Source of the DNA: Flavobacteriales bacterium
GTDB taxonomy: Bacteria > Bacteroidota > Bacteroidia > Flavobacteriales > Schleiferiaceae
Assembly: GCA_017795025.1 (NCBI GenBank)
Contig: CP051243.1
Location: 2,316,897 to 2,380,896 of the forward strand
Length of the DNA stretch: 64,000 nucleotides
Direction: 5' to 3'
The notes beneath the pieces are model-generated. The model did not search any database. It had not been told where the DNA came from and was given only the letters and a program-made list of their open reading frames with translations. Below are positions 9,327-19,703 of this stretch, in pieces. Made by a program: the position numbers and the translations under genes. Position 1 is the stretch's first letter. Each line of letters opens with the position of its first letter.

Positions 9327-11762
9327 ATGAAACGCCCTACCCTACTCGTTTTCATCTTTAGCGCTCTTTTGAGTAGCTCCCTTTTCGCCCAAAATCTGCA
9401 ACTTAAAGGGGACCTTAAAAGCAGCTTTGATCAATCGCCCCTCGAAGGCGCTGCTTTGTTCCTCGAGCCTGGTAATCATCAAACCATTAGTGATGCCCGC
9501 GGCCGCTTTAGTTTTGATGGACTCGAAGCCGGTACTTACACCCTTAGTATTCGCCACATTGGCTTTAAGGGCTATAGTGAAGAAGTAAGCGTAAAAGCAC
9601 CCCATACCGACATTTTCATTGTTATGGAACCCCAGTTTGAGCTGATGCAAGAAGCGCAGGTGAGTGGACGCAGCTTAACCGGTGGCGAAAGAGGGATTAA
9701 GGAGCTTAGTGGCTCGGCCCATTACATTGGTCTTAAAACCCTCGAAACCTTTGAGTATAATGATATTAACCGTGTACTGCGCCAAATTCCCGGGGTGTAC
9801 ATTCAGGAAGAAGAAGGCTTTGGTTTACGTCCCAATATTGGGATGCGTGGTACGGGAGTGGAGCGCAGCTCTAAAATTACCTTAATGGAAGATGGTATCC
9901 TGGCCGCGCCAGCGCCCTATAGTGCCCCATCGGCTTATTACTTCCCTACTACGGGACGAATGGAGGGAATTGAAGTACGTAAAGGAAGCGCCCAAATTGA
10001 ATACGGCCCCTACACTACCGGTGGTGCCTTAAACTTAATCTCTACTCAAATCCCTAAGGAGTTTCGGGCCAAGCTCGATCTCCTCGCGGGGAACTTTGGT
10101 CAGCGTCGCTTGCATGCCCATGCCGGACAGTCCTTCACCAATTTTGGTTTTATGATTGAAACCTATCAGGCGCAGGCCGATGGCTTTAAGGAACTCGACT
10201 TTGGTGGCCCTACCGGTTTTGATATTGCCGATTATCAAATGAAATTTCGTTTAAACACCGGTCCCGAAGCACGCATTTACCAAGCACTTGAATTAAAATT
10301 GGGACAAACCATTAACAATAGCGATGAAACCTACCTGGGATTAAGCCGCTCCGATTTTGAGGCCAATCCCTACCGTCGTTATGCCGCCTCTGGCCTCGAC
10401 CATATGGCCACCGAACAACGTCAGTATCAATTAAACTACCGCATTGAACCGATGTCGGGCCTAAATATTAGCGCCACCGCCTACCGCAATGAGTTTAATC
10501 GGAACTGGTATAAACTGGATAAAATCTTCGCCGAAGGCAGTACCGTGAGCATTGCCAATTTAACTGAGCAGCCCGGCGATTACCAATCGGCCTACCAAAC
10601 CCTAATTGGTCAGGGGGACGATACCTTATACCTGAAAAACAACAATAGGGCGTACTACTCCCAAGGTCTACAAACCAAGGCCTCCTATGCCTGGGGAAGC
10701 ACCTACTCCCAAAGTATTAATTTGGGTTTACGCTATCACGAAGATGGTATGGATCGCTTTCAGTGGAACAACCTATTTACCCTTAATGAAGGCGATTTTA
10801 CCCTTATTGAAGCGGGCACACCAGGAACCGAAAGTAACCGCTTGGAAGACGCTCAAGCTTGGGCCGCCTTTGGGGAATATCAATTGCATTGGAAAAACTG
10901 GACCTTTAATCCGGGCTTGCGTTACGAAAACATCACTATGCAACGTCGCGATTACGGAAAAGCGGATACCGAACGCTTAGGTACCGATCTTAGTCAGCGC
11001 GAAAACCAAGTGGCAGTATTTATCCCCGGCTTTGGATTGCGTTACGATCTTAACCGCGATCAGCAAATTTTTGCGGGGGTACACCGGGGCTTTTCGCCTC
11101 CCGGAAGTGTATCCGGTAGCAATCCGGAGTTGAGCATCAATTCCGAAATAGGTACCCGTTGGAACACAGGCTGGGCGCAAATTCAGGCCACCTTATTTTA
11201 CAACGACTATCAAAATCTGTTGGGTACTGATATGGCCGCTACGGGTGGCGTAGGAACCAGCCGCGTATTTAACGGAGGCGCCGCCACCGTGTACGGATTA
11301 GAAGCTGAAATTAGCAGTCAGTTTGGAGGCCAAGCCAGCAGCTGGACCTTCCCCATCAGCTTAAACTACACCTTTACCCAAGCTCAGTTCGACAATAGCT
11401 TTGAAAGCGATTTTGAAGCTTGGGGCGATGTAGTATCGGGCGATGAATTCCCTTATTTGGCCGAGCACCTGCTGAACTTGCAGTTTGCCGCCCAACGAAA
11501 ACGCTTACTCCTTACCGCCAATGGCAGCTTCCAAAGTGCGATGCGTACGGTTGCTGGCCAGGGTAGCATTGCCGCCGACTCTGAGATTCCCGCCCAGTTT
11601 ATGATCGACCTTTCGGCCACCTATCACTTTAACAATCACCTCAGCTTATTTGGCTCCGTGCGCAACTTAAGCGACGAGGTAAACTTAGTATCCATGAGAC
11701 CTGCAGGACTACGTCCGGCCATGCCTCGCTCCTTCCTCGTAGGCATCAAAGCACGCTGGTAA
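9327..11762 (+). CDS. TonB-dependent receptor, FecA-like, with N-terminal carboxypeptidase-regulatory-like domain
   Basis: Signal peptide; plug motifs PGVYIQEEEGFGLRPNIGMRG, EGIEVRKG and YGP.T.GGALN; C-terminal GSVRNL.D...RP...RSF.VGIKARW. Confidence 0.9.
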   Translation: MKRPTLLVFIFSALLSSSLFAQNLQLKGDLKSSFDQSPLEGAALFLEPGNHQTISDARGRFSFDGLEAGTYTLSIRHIGFKGYSEEVSVKAPHTDIFIVMEPQFELMQEAQVSGRSLTGGERGIKELSGSAHYIGLKTLETFEYNDINRVLRQIPGVYIQEEEGFGLRPNIGMRGTGVERSSKITLMEDGILAAPAPYSAPSAYYFPTTGRMEGIEVRKGSAQIEYGPYTTGGALNLISTQIPKEFRAKLDLLAGNFGQRRLHAHAGQSFTNFGFMIETYQAQADGFKELDFGGPTGFDIADYQMKFRLNTGPEARIYQALELKLGQTINNSDETYLGLSRSDFEANPYRRYAASGLDHMATEQRQYQLNYRIEPMSGLNISATAYRNEFNRNWYKLDKIFAEGSTVSIANLTEQPGDYQSAYQTLIGQGDDTLYLKNNNRAYYSQGLQTKASYAWGSTYSQSINLGLRYHEDGMDRFQWNNLFTLNEGDFTLIEAGTPGTESNRLEDAQAWAAFGEYQLHWKNWTFNPGLRYENITMQRRDYGKADTERLGTDLSQRENQVAVFIPGFGLRYDLNRDQQIFAGVHRGFSPPGSVSGSNPELSINSEIGTRWNTGWAQIQATLFYNDYQNLLGTDMAATGGVGTSRVFNGGAATVYGLEAEISSQFGGQASSWTFPISLNYTFTQAQFDNSFESDFEAWGDVVSGDEFPYLAEHLLNLQFAAQRKRLLLTANGSFQSAMRTVAGQGSIAADSEIPAQFMIDLSATYHFNNHLSLFGSVRNLSDEVNLVSMRPAGLRPAMPRSFLVGIKARW

Positions 11763-11787
11763 AATTTTTTAGATGTGTTTAGGATTG

Positions 11788-11822
11788 AAACCCGTCTTGC
11801 GCAAGTGAGGCGGGTTTTTTTG
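11788..11822 (+). terminator. Intrinsic terminator
   Basis: AAACCCGTCTT / GAGGCGGGTTT stem (with G-U pairs) plus T-run after the receptor stop. Confidence 0.8.
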
Positions 11823-11934
11823 CTATAATTATATCTCCATCCTCATCACCACTCTTCTCATTTTCAAATAAATAAAGTGACAGTATTACTTGGGGATTGC
11901 CAGAAAAACTTATTTTTATCCCAAATCCCCAATT

Positions 11935-13923
11935 GTGCGATCTATTACCCCCATTTTACGCATCATGATTTTAGCCGCCCTAGTCGTGGCTTGTTCCAAA
12001 AATCGTGATTCCGATCAAAACATTAAAGGCAGCAACCGCGTGCATCAAACCGATGTAAGCACGGTAAGTAATGCCATCACCAATATTAGTGAGCATCATA
12101 GCATGAGCTATAAAAGTATGGCCTCTGTTTTAAGCTATGAATATCAGGCCTTAGCCAGTCCGCCCGCTTTAGATTACAATCAAACCTCGGCCACCTGTAT
12201 TTTACGGGATGGTAATTTGGTGTATATCGGCTGGCACACGCACGATCCTGCCAATTACAATGGCTTTGCCAAGTATTCGGGCGCGGTAAGCTGCTATGAG
12301 GTTAGCGGCGGTACTTGGAGTTTAGTAGCGCAATTGGAATTTGATGAGATGGACATTCACGAAATGGCTTTTGGGGCAGCCGGTGAATTGTACATTGTGG
12401 GTCAGTCTAACCCCGATGCCAGTGGTTATACAACCGCTTGGGGTCACCGCGGGGCGATAATCGGCAAGGTGGAGCTGGATGGCAGTGGCTATCCTACCGC
12501 TACCAATTATATCGAGAAGCCATTAACCAGCTTTGGCGCTAACAGTGTGCTATATGTAGGACCTAATGAGATTTACACCGGAACGGGTAATCACAGCGGC
12601 CATTTCTACAAATTAGACAATGCCCTTACGGTGCTCGACTCATCCGCTTTAGGAAATGTGAAGTCGATTAATGGCAATGACCTTAGCGGTAAGGTGGGCA
12701 TCCTAAAAGGGAACCGCGGCAATCCTAACCGCATGGCGAAGTTTTACGAGTTTAACGTGGGCGGCAGCCTGCCTTTAGAAAGTGCTGGAACCGATATGCC
12801 AGGCATCACCACCTACATTCACGAACGGAATGAAGGCGCCTATTACAACAATTTATACCTCTCGAGCTCCAATCAAGGACTGGTAGAAGTGGACCCAAGT
12901 GGACCCTCGGTAACTACTGTATTTAGCGACGACCTTACCTTGGGCGTGGCTTGCGATACAGATAATGAGTTTATTTATGCAGCGGCCCAGCGCGAAGGTT
13001 TAAAAGTACTTTGGGGCAGTCGCACGGCTAATCAATATGATTTGATTGGCACCTTTGCTCCTACCGCCTATAATCCTGGGGGTTGGTATGTTTCGGATGT
13101 GATTTACGATCAAAATAATGTGTTTATCGTATCCGGTTATGGCAATGTGATTTTCACCGAACTGTATCCCGTTACGCATTACCTCACCTTAAACAACAGC
13201 AATTTCGTAAACCCCAATAGCGCTACTAATAATCCAGCTATTGCAGGCTTAAACCTCGGCTTAACCGGTGGTTATACCTACGATGTAGAACTGGTGTCGA
13301 GCACCGCTAGTTTTGGCGCCGGCTTTAGCGCTTGGGAAGGAGTTTACATTCAGACCAATGAAACTACCGCTGGTGGACAGATTACCGACAATTACTTCCG
13401 AACCCTTAATGGGGTAGGCGATAAAGTAACCATCGATTTAACTAACCAAGCGCTTGGTTTCCCATCCTATACCTATGGATTTATGGTTCCAGGCACTCCC
13501 GATATTGATGACTCGGGGAACAGCCTCCTTCAGGTAACTAATAATACCACCATGGCCACCTCCTTTTATGCGGTTGATATGGTTAACCATCGCATTACGG
13601 GCGACATCACGACCGCGGGCAAGACGGTAAGTTTAGATCCGGGGCGCTATGAAATTACCATCACTAATTCGAATTTCCGAGTTAACCCAAGTAATGCCAA
13701 CAACTGGCAAGGGGTAATGCTGTACACCTACGAAACCGGCGCAAGCGCTACAGACCCTACGCCAAACTACCAGATGACCTTAAACGGCCTATCGGAAGTA
13801 GTAACCATCGACCTCAGCAATAAAGTTGGGGCCACCGATTTAGTTGCCTTTTTAGTGGACGATGATCCTGCGGCTAATGAAAGCGGTTCGGTGACCATTG
13901 AAATTAGGCTTTTACACGATTAA
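11935..13923 (+). CDS. Large lipoprotein: beta-propeller-like N-terminal region and repeated C-terminal beta-sandwich units
   Basis: A GTG start at 11935 gives MRSITPILRIMILAALVVA-C (lipobox-like); LVIVD-like segments (IYAAAQREGLKVL); internal repeat TLNG(V/L)..VTIDL. The ORF track start at 11890 is probably too far upstream. Confidence 0.6.
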   Translation: MRSITPILRIMILAALVVACSKNRDSDQNIKGSNRVHQTDVSTVSNAITNISEHHSMSYKSMASVLSYEYQALASPPALDYNQTSATCILRDGNLVYIGWHTHDPANYNGFAKYSGAVSCYEVSGGTWSLVAQLEFDEMDIHEMAFGAAGELYIVGQSNPDASGYTTAWGHRGAIIGKVELDGSGYPTATNYIEKPLTSFGANSVLYVGPNEIYTGTGNHSGHFYKLDNALTVLDSSALGNVKSINGNDLSGKVGILKGNRGNPNRMAKFYEFNVGGSLPLESAGTDMPGITTYIHERNEGAYYNNLYLSSSNQGLVEVDPSGPSVTTVFSDDLTLGVACDTDNEFIYAAAQREGLKVLWGSRTANQYDLIGTFAPTAYNPGGWYVSDVIYDQNNVFIVSGYGNVIFTELYPVTHYLTLNNSNFVNPNSATNNPAIAGLNLGLTGGYTYDVELVSSTASFGAGFSAWEGVYIQTNETTAGGQITDNYFRTLNGVGDKVTIDLTNQALGFPSYTYGFMVPGTPDIDDSGNSLLQVTNNTTMATSFYAVDMVNHRITGDITTAGKTVSLDPGRYEITITNSNFRVNPSNANNWQGVMLYTYETGASATDPTPNYQMTLNGLSEVVTIDLSNKVGATDLVAFLVDDDPAANESGSVTIEIRLLHD

Positions 13924-13945
13924 GAAAGCTTAGAAAACAGTATTC

Positions 13946-13982
13946 AAGCCGTTTGATGAAAATCAGGCGGCTTTCTTTTTTT
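13946..13982 (+). terminator. Intrinsic terminator
   Basis: AAGCCGTTTGAT / ATCAGGCGGCTT stem plus T-rich tail; it overlaps the called start of the next ORF, which suggests a later true start. Confidence 0.75.
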
Positions 13983-14018
13983 GAACCTAGGGCAATCGCT
14001 TACCTTAGTGCAATGCAC

Positions 14019-15074
14019 ATGTCTCGCAAAAAGCCCAACTTTCCGGTCCACGATGAACTACGGACCTACCTTAAGAAATACCGCCGGGATGGTCAGTTGG
14101 CCGCCACCTATGAGGCCTTACAGCAGTTTAGCAATTCGGTGCCAATTCTCGACCAAAACGGAAAGGACACCCTTTGGCAGAGTGTGATTTACGATAATTT
14201 CCTGCAAGATGAAGTCCAAAAAGCCTTGGTGGAAATTTACGCGGCCTTAAAAACCGATGGCGATAAAAGCTTCATGGGTCAGCTGCGCACCGACCGTATC
14301 GATCACTGTTTATTTGGCAATTCCAATCCTTTTCGAATTCGGATTGTGAATACGGTAAATGATAATCACGATTACTACTACATTAAAAAAGCTGATGCTT
14401 CCCGAATTTACGGTTTGGAGCTCGAGCATTTACTGAGCCCCAATCGCATTGGTTATTTGGTAGATGGCGATACCTTGGTGGAAGAACATATTGCAGGCAT
14501 CCCCGGCGATGTTTTCTTAGGGCATTATATGGACCGCCCCAGTTTTGCCAAAACCCGAATGGCCAAGGAATTTGTGAAATTCAACGAACGCTGCTTTACG
14601 ATGTTATTAGGTGATATGCGCTCCTATAATTATGTAGTGGATGTTACGCCCGACTTCGACATGGAGCAATACCGGGTGCGCCCCATCGACTTCGATCAAC
14701 TCACTTATGAAGGTCGGAAAAACCACTACCTCCCTCAGTTTTACAAAGAAAACTTTGAGGTCATTCAGTTTTGCATGGACATCCTTTCGCCCGAAAATGT
14801 GGATCAATATCAAACCGAGGAGCGCACCTTAATCCGCAAGCGCTATGCCCTGGCTAAGGACCAAATTGAAGAGTTGCTAGATTCCATGTCGGCCGTACCC
14901 CTTTCCACCCCCGAAAAAATCGCTTCCCTTGCCAAGGACCTCAATACCTTTCACCGGAGCAAAGCTTTTACAAAGCGCAAAACCATGGGCGGCATCTTGC
15001 GCTTGCATCTCCAAAAAATGATGGAACGCACGGAAGGGAGGCGTTATTTGGGGAGGACGTCGTTTAAGGCCTAA
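14019..15074 (+). CDS. Conserved hypothetical protein with atypical protein/lipid kinase-like motifs
   Basis: YYIKK (ATP lysine), ELEHLL, EEHIAG hinge, LLGDMRSYN (DxxxxN) and IDFDQ (DFG-like). Start moved from 13953 to ATG 14019 because of the upstream terminator. Confidence 0.55.
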   Translation: MSRKKPNFPVHDELRTYLKKYRRDGQLAATYEALQQFSNSVPILDQNGKDTLWQSVIYDNFLQDEVQKALVEIYAALKTDGDKSFMGQLRTDRIDHCLFGNSNPFRIRIVNTVNDNHDYYYIKKADASRIYGLELEHLLSPNRIGYLVDGDTLVEEHIAGIPGDVFLGHYMDRPSFAKTRMAKEFVKFNERCFTMLLGDMRSYNYVVDVTPDFDMEQYRVRPIDFDQLTYEGRKNHYLPQFYKENFEVIQFCMDILSPENVDQYQTEERTLIRKRYALAKDQIEELLDSMSAVPLSTPEKIASLAKDLNTFHRSKAFTKRKTMGGILRLHLQKMMERTEGRRYLGRTSFKA

Positions 15075-15093
15075 GGCTGCGCCTTAGGCGGTA

Positions 15094-16424
15094 GTGAGAT
15101 TTGAGATTTGAGATCGGTCGCGGGGCTCCCTGTTAGACTTTATCATTCTTTAGTACTGCTACTTTACTTCCAAAGGATAACCTCTTGTTGCGGAGACCGT
15201 CCCCTTTGCGGGGCGAAGGGGTGGATTCCGACGTAGGTCAGAAAGCGGGGTAGGATAGCCTTTCAGAATCGAAAAATAACCTAGCTTTTCGAATTTGGCG
15301 ACCTGATTATAATCTCCCTAACTTCTCCTTCCTTTCATTTTTGCTTGATCAACCGAGAGCTTTGCTCGAGCTCACGGATTCCATTGAAAATTAAGGTGAC
15401 ATCCGTAACTACCCGCCGCCGCTAAAGCTATGGCGAATTAATCCCGCCGACGTTAAAGCTATGGCAAATACTACCCGCCGCCGCTAAAGCTATGGCGGGC
15501 GAAGAAATCAAGGCTTGGAAGCTCCGCCTCAAAAATGTTTGTAGTCTCCTGCTTCGGTGCACGAGTTAGATTGCTTTTTTGGTAAGCTAATATTGTTCTC
15601 TTTAACAGTTCTTTTCTTTCATTTTTTCTTGATAAACCGAGAGCTCTGCTCGAGCTCACGGATACCATTGAAAATTAAAGCGACATCCGTAAAAACGAAA
15701 CATCCGCCAGAGGCGGACAAGAATAATCAAGGGCCCTGAAAGGCAATTTCGCGAAGCAGCCTGCGGTATGCTCCGCAAACCGCCGACTCTTGGGCTGGGC
15801 CAGCACGATTAAACATTTTACTTGATTCGGACATCATCTCCTGTGGCTTTATCGAGTCCTCCATACTGCCCTGCGAGCGGGCTATTGTCCTCCAGAGGCG
15901 GACAAGCTCCTCAGGTCCCATTCTCCTCCGAACAAGAACGGCCTGCTTGATAGAGTTTTCCCCTACAGTAGTGCGAAAACAGCGTTTTAAGTTCCAAATT
16001 CACCTATGGAAGCATCCGGCCTTTCCCCGGTGATCGTAAGGACCTGAGCAGCTTGTCCGCCTCTGGAGGAAAATTGCGTCCGCCTCGGGCGGAAGAAGCA
16101 TGGAGCGATTAGGGCCGAACAGTTTTGCCGATTGAAGTGAGGCGAAAATCACCTAGGGAAAGGCCTAGCCTTTTCCGCCTGCCAGAGCTTTAGCGGCGGA
16201 CAGGTTGGATACTTTTTACAAACGTATCTGTTATTTATAAGGTGTTTGTGAGCTCGGCCAAGGCCTTCGGTTTGGCAATGAAAAAAGTATCGTAAAAACT
16301 CAGCTAGTCGCCTACTTCCATTTTTTCGTCTACCCTTCCTAGGCCGAATACCTCCTCACAGCGTTTTAAACTTAAATGAAAACCTTTGGAATTCTAGTTC
16401 ATCTATCGTGTAACGTCCAATTAC
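15094..16424 (+). repeat. Composite palindromic repeat, copy A
   Basis: Module order GTGAGATTTGAGATTTGAGATCGGTCGCGG - REP - TTTCATTTTT(T)CTTGAT - CCGAGAGCTCTGCTCGAGCTCACGG - (CGCTAAAGCTATGGCG)n ... AACCTTTGGAATTCTAG is colinear with 18.3-19.65 kb. Confidence 0.9.
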
Positions 16425-16474
16425 CAGTCAACCAGTCAACCAATCAACCAATCCACTAATTTCCCAGCCACCAA

Positions 16475-17197
16475 TCAACCATTCCCCCACTCTACATCCC
16501 GCTTTTTAAACCTCCGGGCCCAAATAATCATGCCGGGTACATATAAATTATAAGCCATGCCCGCCAGGATGGCTGCTAAGGCCAGGGAGTAGTTTTTAAG
16601 CACGGCGCTGGTGAGCACCGAAATTAGGGGAACCGAAAACATGATGGCTAAACGCCAAAGCTGCTGCCGCGTAAACCAAACTTCATAATCCGTGAACCCC
16701 AGTTTTTCGTGAATCCTATAGGCCCGCCAATGCAAGAGAAAAAGTAAAATGTAAAGACCCGTAACAATGAGGCCATAGTAAATCATTAAATCGGGGACCT
16801 GCTCGGCACTGAGGCCCAGCTGCACATGACTGCCAAAAAAGAAATTGGTTAAGAAAATAGTGAGGAAGCGCAGGGGGTACACGTAAAAGATGACCAGACC
16901 AATAAACAAGGTGTTGAGAATAATCAACCAAGTATCGCCAAAGCCATACAACCGCGAAAAATTAAAATGCTCCTTCCAGATTAAAACAATAAAGGAGATG
17001 CTTAAAAGAAAGGCTGGCAAGGTTTGGGTAAAGCGAAGCAGGGTTTCGAAGGAATCGGGATTCTCCAAGTTGAAAATGAGGAGGGTAATAGCGATTCCAA
17101 ACACTGCATCGGTCAAATTATCGATTCGGGAGGCTTCCAAACCTCGGTACTGCAATCGATCATCCAATTTAGAGGGGTTTACTTTTCCGCGTATCAT
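16475..17197 (-). CDS. TMEM175-family (DUF1211) potassium channel-like membrane protein
   Basis: SRIDNLTDAVFGIAITLL matches the RxxxFSDxVFAIAxTLL signature; about 6 hydrophobic segments. Confidence 0.8.
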   Translation of the reverse strand: MIRGKVNPSKLDDRLQYRGLEASRIDNLTDAVFGIAITLLIFNLENPDSFETLLRFTQTLPAFLLSISFIVLIWKEHFNFSRLYGFGDTWLIILNTLFIGLVIFYVYPLRFLTIFLTNFFFGSHVQLGLSAEQVPDLMIYYGLIVTGLYILLFLLHWRAYRIHEKLGFTDYEVWFTRQQLWRLAIMFSVPLISVLTSAVLKNYSLALAAILAGMAYNLYVPGMIIWARRFKKRDVEWGNG

Positions 17198-18210
17198 TTC
17201 ATCTTACTTAAAACTTGCACCCCTTCCCGCTGCTTTAAACTTAAGGTCCCTTGGTCCCGGTTTAGGATTAAATGGATATCGGCGGTGGGAAAATACAAGG
17301 TGCTGTCATTTTGGGGGTAAACTTCAAAACTTGGCTGACCAATCGCGGCGAAGCGCAGGGAATTTCCTTCCAAACGAAGGCGAAAATCTTGCAGGCCGCG
17401 TAAGGTGTAACGACCGGTATCGGCTGTCCATTGGGGGGCCTTAAAAGGAATAAGGTAACCTACATAATCGGCATAGGGGTCGCCCTCTGGTTCCAGGCGC
17501 TTGGAAATCTCAATCAAGTTACGCACGGTTTTCATGCGGGCCATGCGCAAGGTGGCGTACATATTATTGATGGCATAGGTGCGGTAAATCTCGACCGAAT
17601 TTCGATAGTAGGGGCTTTCGGCCATATATAGAACCGCCTCTTCAGGGAGTCGCCCTCTGGCAATTTGATAAAACCATTCCTTTTCCTCCGCCCAAGCTTC
17701 GAGACGATGGATCACGTAATCCTCCAAGCGCTCCTGCATGCTCTCAATCGCCGCATAATCTTCTCCATAAAGTTCCTCCAAATCACTGTACAGGGTATCA
17801 TAGCCCTGCGAAAAATAGTCTCCGTGCCGGTTCATATTCTGCAAGCCATTGCGCTGGACTTGCACTCGAGCATAGGTCATGATGAGCCCCGCATAATTAA
17901 AATCCCGACGGTAGTCCTCCGCCCGAACCGAATCCATCATGATGCGTCGGATAAGGGAGTCTTTTTGGTTAAGCAGATAGGCCACCCCTTTCATCTCCTG
18001 CAGGTTGGCCCGTAAATCGCGGCGCACCTCGGCAAGAATAGCCAGGGCCTTTTCGTCATTCTTAGCTTGCTCGTTCCGATTATTGATTTCGAGGGCAATG
18101 AGAATACCAGCCACCACTAAAACCATCTCTAAAACCACATACACCAAGTAGCCACCAAAGCCCTTAGTTTGAAAGAATTGAAAACGTCCCTTACGAAATA
18201 GTTTAGCCAT
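17194..18210 (-). CDS. DUF6090-family membrane-anchored protein
   Basis: N-terminal YLVYVVLEMVLVVAGILIALEINNRNE is the typical family signature; overlaps the next gene by 4 bp. Confidence 0.7.
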   Translation of the reverse strand: MAKLFRKGRFQFFQTKGFGGYLVYVVLEMVLVVAGILIALEINNRNEQAKNDEKALAILAEVRRDLRANLQEMKGVAYLLNQKDSLIRRIMMDSVRAEDYRRDFNYAGLIMTYARVQVQRNGLQNMNRHGDYFSQGYDTLYSDLEELYGEDYAAIESMQERLEDYVIHRLEAWAEEKEWFYQIARGRLPEEAVLYMAESPYYRNSVEIYRTYAINNMYATLRMARMKTVRNLIEISKRLEPEGDPYADYVGYLIPFKAPQWTADTGRYTLRGLQDFRLRLEGNSLRFAAIGQPSFEVYPQNDSTLYFPTADIHLILNRDQGTLSLKQREGVQVLSKMK

Positions 18211-18319
18211 GAGGGGAAGATAGTGAATTGGAGGATTGGGGGAGAGGGTATTGGTGGATTGGTGGATTGGGAAATTGTAGACTGGGAAATTGGTGGATTG
18301 GAAAAATGGTGTTTGGGTT

Positions 18320-19651
18320 TTCGCCTGCGGCGAACTTAGACCGGTCGCGAGCCTGCGGCAGAACCTAGACCAGTCGCGAGCCTGCGGCAGAAGTGAGATT
18401 TGAGATTTGAGATCGGTCGCGGTGCTCCCTGTGAGACTATATTATCCTTGGTACTATTACCTTTCTTTCAAGGGAAAAGCCAATGTTGCGAAGACCGTCG
18501 CCTTCAAGGGTTTATGGACTGTGAAACGGGGTAGTTGCCATGTTAAAAACAATCTGGTTTTTCGAATATGGTAACCTGATTATGAAATTGAAAATAGATC
18601 GGGCGTTCGTAACCGAGAGCTCTGCTCGAGCTCACGGATTCCAATGAAAATTAAAGCGACATCCGTAACAACGAAATTCGCCGGCGCTAAAGCTATGGCT
18701 AATACAATCCGCCTTCGCTAAAGCTATGGCGAATTAAACCTACCGCGGCTATGGCTATTGCAAATACTACCCGCCGCCGCTAAAGCTATGGCGGGCGAGG
18801 AAATCAAGGCTTGGAAGCTTCGCCTCTAAAATGCTTGTAGCCTCCTGCTTCGGTGCACGAGTTAGATTGCTTTTTTGGTAAGCTAATATTGTTCTCTTTA
18901 ACAGTTCTTTTCTTTCATTTTTTCTTGATAAACCGAGAGCTCTGCTCGAGCTCACGGATACCATTGAAAATTAAAGCGACATCCGTAAAAACGAAACATC
19001 CGTGCCCGCCATAACTGGCTGTGGCAGGCGGGAAAATCAAGGGCCCTGAAAGGCAATTTCACGAAGCAGCCTGCGGCATGCTCCGCAAACCGCCGACTCG
19101 TGGGCTGGGCCAACACGATGAAGCATTTTTCTGGATTGAAATATTTTCTCCAGTGGCCTTATTGAGTCCTGAATGCTGCCCTACGAGCGGACTATTGTCC
19201 TCCAAAGGCGGACAGGCTCCTCAGGCCCCATTCTCCTCCGAATAAGAATTGCATACAGGAAACGAATATCCCCCTTTTTGCAATCTTTAAAGATGGTCTT
19301 AGGTTCCAAAACTTACCTATGGAAGCATTCGGCCTTTCCCCAGTGATCGAGAGGACCTGAGCAGCTTGTCCGCCTCTGGAGGACAATTGCGTCCGCCTTG
19401 GGCGGAAGAAGCATGGAGCGATTAGGGCCGAATAGTTTTGCCGACTAAAAAGAGGCAAAAATCACCTAGGGAAAGGCCTAGCCTTTTTGGATACTTTTTT
19501 GGCAATGAAAAAAGTATCGTAAAAACTCAGCTAGTCGCCTACTTCCATTTTCTTGGCTACCCTTCCTAGGCCGGATACCACCTCACATGATATCAGATTC
19601 AAAAGAATGATTTTAGTAATACAGTACATTTCTCGTGTATCGTCCAATTAC
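18320..19651 (+). repeat. Composite palindromic repeat, copy B
   Basis: Same module order as copy A; 18764-18990 is nearly identical to 15468-15695; preceded by a tandem 29-bp unit AGACC(G/A)GTCGCGAGCCTGCGGCAGAA. Confidence 0.9.
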
Positions 19652-19703
19652 AAGTAAACCAATCTACCGATTCACCAATCCACCAAACATTTACTCCGGA
19701 TGA

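Noticed and set aside
11890-11934. Longest-ORF starts for 11890, 13953, 30347, 34846, 53905 and 58534
   Set aside because: Upstream extensions overlap terminators, promoters or neighbouring genes, or displace signal peptides; downstream starts were used instead.
15409-15501. Tandem CCGCCGCTAAAGCTATGGCG units (also 18680-18800) as a CRISPR array
   Set aside because: Linkers are only ~5-15 bp and partly conserved, there are just 3-4 units, no cas genes are present, and the units belong to the composite repeat.
15471-15921. Short ORFs inside repeat copies (15471..15668, 15557..15739, 15727..15921, 18767..18964, 19021..19245, 19192..19458, 23120..23302)
   Set aside because: They lie wholly in palindromic non-coding repeats, overlap on both strands, and their similarity to each other comes from the DNA repeat.
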